Shown in pieces: positions 53,596-64,000 of a stretch of 64,000 nucleotides of DNA. The notes under the pieces are model-generated. The model ran no database searches and was not told where the DNA came from. It saw nothing but the letters and a program-made list of their open reading frames with translations. The position numbers were made by a program, and so were the translations under genes. How positions within the stretch are numbered: position 1 is the first letter of the stretch; every line of letters begins with the position of its first letter. Origin of the DNA: the human T2T-CHM13v2.0 reference genome, Homo sapiens; the NCBI RefSeq assembly GCF_009914755.1, contig NC_060932.1. One strand, given 5' to 3'.

Positions 53596-54968
53596 CTGTC
53601 AATGAAACAATGGTTGACATAAAAAAAGATGTAAAAATGTATAAAAATCTTCAGCATGATTATAAATAAGTAGGAATATTATTATTTTATGAATTTCTCT
53701 ATTTTAACAACAGCAGCAATGTGATAATATGATGATAAAAATGCAAAAGATGAGGATGTAGATTAATGTGAAGTATGTATGCTCTGAAATAAGACTGTTT
53801 CACACTCTCAGAGTCATAAAGATACACCTATAAAGATACTTATTGCAGCAAAATTTTGAAACAGGAAACCTAAATGTCCACCAAAAGGAAACCAGTTAAA
53901 TAATTTGTGTGCACATATGCTGTAACACTTTCTAGCTCTTAAACAAGAGATAGGTCTACATACACTGACATGAAAGTATACAGTGGTACATGAAAATTCA
54001 AAAAAGAAAGGACAGGCTGATGCATTATTTTTGGTATTGTCACTACTCTTGCTACTACTATTGCCACCATAAGTACACCATAATTAATGGTATAGAAAAC
54101 ATTTACAGAAATATTTACCAAAATATCAATGGTGATTAGGTCTTGACACAGAAAAGGAAAGGACTAAAATATGGGAGAAATGCAGAGCTTGAAAATTTTT
54201 CAAAGAACAATTAATAGCTTATTATTTTCATAACCAGGTGAGAGATTTTTTGAAAAGCTGTATCTAAATTAATTGCATGAATGAGAATCCAATATTTTTA
54301 TATCTTTAACTATGCTAAAACAAAAAGTTTATTTAAAAAACATTTGCATGTATATATTGGTAATATATTCAGAAGATGACCTCAACCTAATTATTTTTAA
54401 AATCTCACTTAAATATGGGAAAGTGATTATACTTGGGTCATAACACACATGACAAATAAAAATATGATTGTGCAGCCTTGCAGGGCTCGGGAAATGGGGA
54501 GGGCTCAATAATGCTAGATACCTGTCACTGTCAATGGCACAAGAACGTAAGCCCGTAAGAGGTTTCAATAATGCTAGATACCTATCACTGTCAATAGCAC
54601 AAGAATGTAAGCCCCAGAAGCTCAGAGCTTTTTAATGGTTTGTACACTGCTATATTTCTAGTGCCTGCCACATTGCAAGTATCCAAGAAATGGATGCTGA
54701 TTGACTCATCCTCATTAGCCTTCAAAAAACCAAAAAAGGAGCTTCAACATACGAATTAAAACTAGGCTCGAATAAATACAATATATACAAAAAGTGTCTG
54801 TATATAACATTCCCATGGAATTCATGAAGAAAAGTATACAATTAGAAATGAGGATTATGAATTAGTCTGCTTGTAGGAATGGAAGGTTATTATTTAAGGT
54901 AGATAAAACTCAACAGAAATTAAATATTCCAATTTATGCGATAATGATTTCGGGATATAAATACGTAC

Positions 54969-55155
54969 AAGTCAATCTCTCCCTAAGCTCCGGAGTTGGA
55001 GCCATATCCACAGCACTTTTGCCATGGCAGTTGACTAACGTAGGATCAGCGCCATGGCTAAGTAACAAAGAGCAGACTTCTACACGGTTCTTGGAAGCAG
55101 CCTCGTGCAGTGGAGTAAACTGCCAGAGATCCATGGCATTAACACAAGCTCCATG
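54969..55155 (-). CDS. TNKS: TNKS coding exon (~exon 8)
   Basis: 187 nt, ttcag|...|gtacgt; [38 protein letters not shown]...ELRERLT. Confidence 0.97.
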
Positions 55156-55389
55156 CTGAATTGAGAAAAAAAACATTTTAGGTCAGTAATCATTTTGCTG
55201 GATCAAATAAAACTCAAAAGACATTTATTTCTTTGTAAATTTCAGTTATAACTTGTTCAAATAAGTGTTTTAATTTCTTCAATATCACCTTTCAAAAACA
55301 GCTGAAATTAAATTCAATGTTTTAAAAATTTTAAGGCAATGGTAATATGTTTAAAAACGTATTTTATTCTCTTAAAATCTAAAAAAACA

Positions 55390-55605
55390 AGACTGGGCAA
55401 CATGGCAAAACCTCGTCTCTACAAAAAACATAAAAATTAGCTGTGCGTGGTGGCACACCCCTGTAATCCCAGCTACTGGGGAGGCTGAGGGGGAGGATCA
55501 CTTGAACTTGGGAGGTTGAGGCTGCAGTGAGCTGTGAATGTGCCACTGCACTCCAGCCTGGGTGACAGGGCAAGACCCTGTCTCAAAACAAACAAACAAA
55601 AAACC
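55390..55605 (+). mobile_element. 5'-truncated Alu (AluJ) in intron 7
   Basis: ctgggcaacatggcaaaacc...gcaagaccctgtctc followed by a tail. Confidence 0.85.
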
Positions 55606-55711
55606 CCAAAGAACTAAACAAACTTTCATGAGGCCGAAAGTATGGAAAGTCATGACAAGGTAAAGAAAAAAAAAAAAGTAAATGATGCTCAATATTCTGA
55701 ATTTCTCTTAC

Positions 55712-55778
55712 CTTTAGTAGCAGTTCTGTGACTTCATAATGTCCATATGAACATGCATTATGAAGAGGCACAAGTCCA
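55712..55778 (-). CDS. TNKS: TNKS coding exon (~exon 7)
   Basis: 67 nt, tttag|...|gtaaga; [22 protein letters not shown]. Confidence 0.96.
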
Positions 55779-57207
55779 CTAAATGAAAAGAGGCAAATTA
55801 AAATACTTAAATTTCAAACAACTTATTTATCCATGTCGTACTAAGAAATAAAATCCAATAAATCCCAATACAATTATTTTAAAATATTTAAAAGTATTTA
55901 ATAAAATAATAAAAGAATTCAAAGCATAGCTTATGTTCACACCTTTTGTATTTATCTTGTTTTTTGTATATAATCCTTGAAGATAATGAAAAAAATACCA
56001 AATAGAAGAACATTTTGGCGAAAGGAAGATCATATGCTAATTGACAAATGCATGCATTATATATTAAGTATTTACAAGAAATAAATGTTAATTGGTAGTG
56101 AACTGAAATATTCCACCATTTTAATTCACTTTAATGGTAATTTCTAGCAAAATAATCAAATATCCAAACTATTATAACTTGCATATCAAAGTATTCTAAA
56201 TAAACCAAAAAAACCCTTTTTTTGTGGTGTACATCTCTTGATGACTCACCTATTGTACACCCATCTGTTTTCAGACATGCACAAGGAAATAGAGATGTAC
56301 AAGAGCATCAGGCATTTATGCCCCTATACTACTGGGACACCATTCACATATGGCACAAAACCTGGTGCAGGCAAGAGAACAGCACCAGAAAAAGCAGATT
56401 GGAAATGGAAGAATTCTTCTGGTAAGTGTCTCAAGCATTGAGTTCATTTTTATGTTTCTTGACTTGGGGAGGGACAAAGTGAAAGAAACTCTCCTCTAGG
56501 GCATCTCTTCTTTATGCTGTCAGTCACAAGACTGTAACATAATCTACCTTACCTGGGTAGTAGGGTTAATTATCTTTCAGATCTTAAAGTGGGGCAATGA
56601 GAAATGTTAGTCCACCACATAGGACAGCAAACCCAATGATCGTATATCTCTGGAGACTTTACAGGAAACTGATACAAAGTTTTCAAAAATGACCTACTGG
56701 TAAAATAAATGACATAACTGCTTTTTTAGTTACCACCCATATCCCCTCACATCAACCTTCTAGGTTTTCTCAGTTTAGATGTCCAAGATTTCACCAGAAA
56801 AAAAATTTGGTATTGTATACTTATGATTTTGGTTTATCAATAAAGGATGATCCTTTACTATCTGTTGAATCTGATAGCTATGCTACTGGATTTTCATAAT
56901 TTTCAATTTGTTTTATTTTTCTAAAATGCAATTTAAGAGTTGAAAAACCCTAACTGCAACTGAGACACAATTTCAACTTCAAGTAACAGAACGGTGATAA
57001 AATTAAATTGATTTGGGAAATTATTATGAGAAGTATCCTTAATTAAGTAGGTACATGAAAATAAAGCCTCAAACCAGAGTTATGAACATTCTTAAAACGT
57101 TATGTAAGCCGTAACAAATGGGACATATGACTTTGTCTAGTGTTTTAAAAGTTTAGAGTATCAGACAAAAAACAAAGCACTGACAGGAAGTAAACTGATA
57201 GACCTAC

Positions 57208-57302
57208 CCTTTGTCTTTTGCATGAACATCAGCACCATGCTGAAGAAGAAGCTGAACTATTCGAACTCTGTTGTAGCCCGCTGCTAGATGTAAAGGAGTC
57301 GA
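57208..57302 (-). CDS. TNKS: TNKS coding exon (~exon 6)
   Basis: 95 nt, tctag|...|gtaggt; [32 protein letters not shown]. Confidence 0.96.
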
Positions 57303-58589
57303 CTAGAAAAGAAAAACATCCCCTTTTCAGGTAAAAACAAACAAACAAAGAAAATCCTTGCTTTGCCATTTCAGATTTAAACACAATGAAAGTTGACACA
57401 AAAATACTGCGCTGAAATGTCAAAAATTCACATTTCATAACTTAAGGAGAGATAATTTACTGCCCTCAGGAGTCAATACTAACTTTAGTGCCATCCACCT
57501 ATTTCACTTACTTGTTTTTTTAAGGCCATCAGTAATCAAACCTTACCCTACCTATTCTACATGATTTCCTATTTCTTTCCAACATGAAACATTCTCACTG
57601 TTCTGAGAAGACACACCAGGGCTCATGTTTCCTATAATTGGAAACATTCTTCCTTATCCTACTTAAATCCTGTCCTCCTTTCAATTTCTAACCTTCAAAT
57701 CCCAATTCTACCATAAAACTTTATCTAAAGATCTAGCTCTCAAAATTTCTTTAATAGGAAAGATTGAAAAACATCCCTAAAGAACAATTTGAACAAACTT
57801 TAATGGAAACAAAAAGGACAATGGGCCTTATTCATTCTGTACGGCGGCTAGTAATGGTCAAAACTAATTTGCTACACTGGGTGCAATGATGTATACCAAG
57901 GTAGCATTTAATTCTTCCATTTTATGTACCACATACACAGTGTAAAGACAAGAGAGGAATACAGTTTCTTCCCAGCTAATTTCTGCCACATTGTAATTTG
58001 AGTCAAGTTATTAGAAGGTTCTCTACTAAAATTTAGTATGGTAATTAAAATAATCAAACTTCTCACCTTTTAAGAATCAGAAATAACTTCACTTTAATTA
58101 AAAACTTCTCTGCAACCATAGCAATTTTCCACCTTTGCTAATTTAAAGTTTAAATACCATAACGGGTTTTTCATACAGGCTTTAATATACTTTAATGCAT
58201 TCCCTTTCATTTTTCCTGTCTTCTATTTGGGGTCTTGAGATTTAATAAGATTTTTAATTTATTTGCTTCACCTATTCCAGATGTGAAGATACAAAAGAAG
58301 TACTAAACACTGTACTACTATTGCTTTTGAGATATTTCATACATTTTACATATTCTGTCAGTCTCTAAGTTTAGAAAATATTTTGAGCAATGCACAGCTA
58401 TCAACGAGGAGACCATTCAGATTAGAAGAGTCCTGAACAGGAAGTCAGGAAACCTGACTACATTCCTGGAACTTATTATGCAACCCAGTGGAAGTCATGC
58501 TACTCGTGTGTCTCAGCTTCTTCATGTATAAAATGGAGATAAAATCACTCATCCTCGCTATCTGAAAAACCTGTGAAAATACAGTACAA

Positions 58590-59334
<745 letters not shown>

Positions 59335-59369
59335 TGATACTGTCAGGGAGTATCAACTTACTTTCAGGA

Positions 59370-60420
59370 CTCTTCACTCTCATTTTAGAAGAATACTTCT
59401 GCTGGATAATGAAGTTTAGTTAACTTTTTTCCTTCCTTTAATATTTTAAGAATGTTATACCACTGTCCTCTGTCTTGCTTTGTTTCAAGACTAGAAATCT
59501 GTTACCCTTATCTTTGTTCCTTTGTACATGTGTTTTTTCCCCTGTGGATACGCTAATATTTCCTCTACATTAATATTTCACTGACTTAAAGCAATTTGAT
59601 TATGATGTGCCTTGGTATAGTTTTCTTCGTGTGTGTGTGTGTGTGTGTGTGTGTGCACGCACACGCATGCATGCCCACAATTGGAGCTTGCAGTGCTTCT
59701 TAGACCTATATAGTTTTCACTAAATTTGGAAAATTTTTAGCTATGATTTCATCAAATATTTTTTCTGCTCCCTCTCCTATTACTCTCACTAGGGAATTAT
59801 TCCCACTAGGGACTTCAATTACACAAATATTAGGTTAATTTCAAAGCTTGCTTCTAGGCTTTGGTAGGCAGGGCCAGAGCAGCCTTTAGTGTAGGACAGA
59901 TTTTCCCCTACTACTGAGGCATTGTCCTTTGATGACACCCAGTGAATTATGAGGGCTTTTTACTATGGCTGGTGGCAACAGAAACTATTACAGACTCTGT
60001 GTGAGTTCCTAGGCTTGTTACCTCTCATCTTTCCGTGTGGTTCTTTTACTAGCCTCAAGCAGTTTCCTCACCCATGTGTTACTCAGTACTTATCTGAACA
60101 CTGTAAGGGGCCCCTGTGTGTATCTCCCTTTCCTGGCCCACTGCCTTGCTAACTCCTTCCACCTTAGTCTCCCCAAACTCCCAATTTCATCTCCTCAACT
60201 CAGGGAGACCATCAGGTTCCTCCTGGTTTTCCCCTCCTTGTGTTAAGGCCTGGAAATTCTTTGGAGGCGGTAAGTTGGAGTTGTTACCCTCTCTCAGGGA
60301 TAATTACCATGTACTGCCTGATGCTCAATGTCTGAAAACCACTGTTTCATACATTTTGTCTATTTTTCTCAGAGTTTCAGGAAGCAAGGTAAATCTAGTC
60401 CCTCTTATTCTATCTTGGAT
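59370..60420 (-). mobile_element. Old L1M-type fragment(s); boundaries approximate
   Basis: gcaatttgattatgatgtgccttgg and aaatttggaaaatttttagc motifs typical of antisense L1M. Confidence 0.55.
59629..59654. repeat. (GT)13 microsatellite
   Basis: Direct reading. Confidence 0.95.
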
Positions 60421-60728
60421 TCTTTCATGACTGAATTGGACTTTTCATTGCAGTTTGAAAACTTCCTCCACAGACAAGGACTGCTTTGGAGGACTGGTCA
60501 GTAAGTCAGCAAGCTAGTATAGCACATAGCTAATATTTAATATTACATAAAAAGGGTCACATCTTTCTTGCTTATGAACAAAAAGATGCTCCATTTTCGT
60601 ATTATCTTTTACACAACTTTCTTTGTATAAAGTTCATTCAGTAACTTTTATTTCTTATTCCTGAAAATGAACAAAAGTTCTCAAATGAATGAATGCATAT
60701 GAAAACCTACAGTTTATTTAAAAGGGCA

Positions 60729-61060
<332 letters not shown>

Positions 61061-63309
61061 TCAGATTTTAAAAAATCATTTAATTGTAAGATTTACAATG
61101 CTTTGAAAACAGTAATATATTTAGTTTTTAAACTACTGAAATTTATATAACTCAAATAAATTAGCAGGCTCTGTAATTAAGGTAGAAAGTGACAGGAAGT
61201 CGGTGAAAAAATGGAGTTGAAGGGTGAGTTTTCAAAAACTATTAGGAAGCAGAATTGATAGCCTCTGAGAAATGACTGATCTAGCTAGTGAGAGATAGAG
61301 TAGTTTCCAGGTTGGAAATGCCAATGACAGAAGAACAACAGAAAAAAAAAAGAAGGGAGTGGAAGGGAAAGGAGAGCCCAGAGGGAAATAATGTGAGGTC
61401 TGGGTTTACTGAATTTAAAGTGCCTAGATGATACCCCAGTGGTAATGTCAGAGAGAGAGACTTACACGTATGGCACTAGAATTCAGAAGAGGTTAAGGCT
61501 AAAACAAAAATCTGGTCATCACTAGCATTCACCTAAAATATGTGAATTTCTACCACGTATCTGACACCACGTTAAGTGCTAGGGATAGCAATGAAAACAA
61601 GGAAAGCGAAATCAGTATTTTGAGCTTATGGATCTTCTTCTTTCTCAAAATCACACCAAGTTTGATTCTCTAAAGGAAATGCATATAAATGAATTCTTTA
61701 TTCAGAAGGACAAAAGATGAGGAAACAGAAGTCTACATTTTAAGGAGTCAAGTCACTAGAGAAAGCAGGCAATACAATATAAATGCTGTGGATGTGGACA
61801 AATCCCATGGAAGGGGAGTTCAGGACACCCGGGAAGGCTGGAGGATGCTGGTCTAAACCACTCTAGAGGCAAGCAGAGGGAAACGGGGCCAGGGAAGATT
61901 CTCAGAAGAAACGCTTTCTGAGCTGAGACTTTGGATAAACAGAATCACTGAGGCAAAAGAATAAGAAACTATTCCAGGTTGTGTGAAGAATCCATGTTAA
62001 TATTCAGTGGACAAGGTATATTTGAGAAACTTAAGAAAAATTCAGTGGCTAAGTGTAGTGTATGAGACTGGGGAGAGCCTAAGAATAATGAGAAATCACT
62101 GAAAGACTTGAAGCAGAAAATTACTTAAGATTAGAGTCTTGGAAAGATCACTTTAGTTACTAAGTGGAGAATAAAGCTGAAGAGAGAGAGCAAACTCTAT
62201 GGCAGGAAGGCCTGAACAGAAGGGTACAGGACTAATCCAAGAGAGAAATGATGACGCTGTCAGCAAAGTGGCAGCAGCATCTAAGTAGGAGTAGCTGAGC
62301 TATGAGAGTGGTGAATTCACAAGAAGGGTGAGTGCAGAACAAGCTGGGTGAGACTTTCCAAGTCATCATTCCCATGTGAATGCTAATCCTGCAACTTATA
62401 TAGCATCACTAGAAGGCACATAGAAATAAATAAAATGCATGCAATAAATTTGAGAAAATGGCAGACTGCAAAGAGAAAAAGAACAGACAAATTGAGAAAA
62501 AAAAGGATGATTTGCGCAAACTCATGCCACTAAAAGCCCTGAGGTTTTTCAAACTTTGGGAAAAAAGAAATTTACAACTGCTATTTACCAAATGCTGTCT
62601 CCTGATCCAAAGCAAAAAAATCACATACCCTAGGACTAAACCTAGTGAATGGTTACCACATAGTGCCAAATTTATATCTCAACTGCCAAATGGCAAAGCA
62701 ATGGTAAAAGTAATTTTCTAATTGCTAGGATAATTAACAGAGTATCATTTGTTTTAGATAAATAAGGCAGCCCCATTTCTAAAATACACATGTTGCTACG
62801 TAATTTGATGATGGTTGTAAACTAGTAAACACAAGCATCAAACATTTAGGACATCCACATACACAGCACAGCAATCACTGCCAGTTTCTACACCTCTGAT
62901 TTATTCTAAAAACAGACGTTTCTGTTAGGATCATTTTAAAAGACAAACATGTAAAGTAAATTATGGAACAGATGCAAATACAAAAGCTATCTAAATATTA
63001 TTCTGCTGTAAGATAAATCTTATCACTGATATCTTCATATCATAAAATGTTAACAGAAAAAAAGGTCTTAAGGAAGTCCTATAAATTAAAGATGTCTTCT
63101 TGGATTCAGGCTATAAGAAAAAACAAACTTGCATTTGTCTATCTTTGCCTTTTATCATATAGATTTGCGGTGCAGTATAAAGCATTTAAGGTAGTTTTAA
63201 TTTTTCCTATACAACCATGCATGTAAGGCATAGCTAAAATAGTGACAACTGATAAGCCTTTTGCAAAGCTGTGGCTTCAACGTAAGTCCAGGAAGCATGG
63301 CATGCAAAA

Positions 63310-63535
63310 ATGAATAAAGGCTTTTAAATCCTGGTTTTGCATTCCGGCTTTGGAAATTTTACTAGGTATTTGTGTTAATTTATTAACGTCTCTGCGTCCG
63401 GGCTTCCAACATCTGTGAAGTGGGAAGTGTAATCCCTATCACACAGGAATGTTTTACAGATTAAAGATAACTGTACAAAGTACATAATACGGTATTTATC
63501 ACATTGGAAAAACTCAACAAATGATAGTTATTATT
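63310..63535 (+). mobile_element. MIR fragment
   Basis: aacgtctctgcg...catctgtgaagtgggaa...agattaaagataa...actcaacaaatgatagttattatt. Confidence 0.6.
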
Positions 63536-63571
63536 TATCATCATCTTATTAAGTTGCTTATATACGTAAGC

Positions 63572-64000
63572 TTTTTTTTTTTTTTTTTTTTCATTTTAAA
63601 ATTTAACTTTTAGATACAGGGGGCCATGTGCAGGTTTGTTACATGGGTATACTGCAGTCAAGTAGTGAGCATGGTACCCAATAGGTAGTTTGTTCTTGAA
63701 CCTGTGCTGCCCGCTCTAGTAGTCTGCAATGTCTACTGTTCCCATGTTTATGTCCACATGTGCTCAATGTTTAGATCCCACTTATAAGTGAGAACATGTG
63801 ATATGTAGTTTTCTGTTCCTACATTAATTCGTTTAGGTTAATGGCCTCTGGCTCCATTCATATTGCTGCAAAGGGCATGACTTCATTCTTTTTCAGGGCT
63901 GTGTGGTATTCCATGGTGTATATGTACCACATTTTCTTTATCCAATCCACCACTGATAGGCACCTAGGTTGATTCCATGTCTTCGCTATTGTGAATGGCA
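63572..64000 (-). mobile_element. 3' end of an older primate L1 (L1PA/L1PB), runs off the window
   Basis: T-tail, then catgtgcaggtttgttacatggg and cccacttataagtgagaacatg; diverged relative to the L1HS copy. Confidence 0.88.

Noticed and set aside
54505-54614. CRISPR-like repeat-spacer arrangement (also 20293-20536 and 29037-29095)
   Set aside because: Only two to four degenerate units, no regular unique spacers, no cas genes, and a human intron context.
54944-55159. ORFs antisense to TNKS exons (also 26722..27024 and 51685..51894)
   Set aside because: Shadow ORFs expected opposite real coding exons.

Overview
Human (primate) genomic DNA lying entirely inside the tankyrase-1 gene TNKS on the minus strand. 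Sixteen consecutive coding exons can be read with canonical GT-AG boundaries (2167 nt, one continuous frame). By recalled numbering these are exons 6-21, encoding ankyrin-repeat clusters, the S/T-rich linker and the SAM domain; the 5' exons and the PARP exons lie outside the window. Intron 17 holds the MIR597 hairpin and a very young 3.6-kb L1HS-Ta1 insertion with a twin-priming 5' inversion, a 14-bp target-site duplication (TSD) and a poly(A) tail. The inversion junction is open on both strands. It creates a 925-aa chimeric reverse-transcriptase (RT) ORF antisense to TNKS and a 315-aa chimeric ORF2p C-terminal ORF sense to TNKS. Other candidates for follow-up: a consensus alternative donor that would add an in-frame RKKKK-containing 16-aa insert after the SAM domain, an exon-like unit on the antisense strand, nested AT-rich palindromes and a tandem duplication next to MIR597. 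The remainder is Alu, MaLR, MER, MIR and old L1 repeat. Exon numbers, repeat subfamilies and comparisons with ORF2p consensus come from memory, not from searches.
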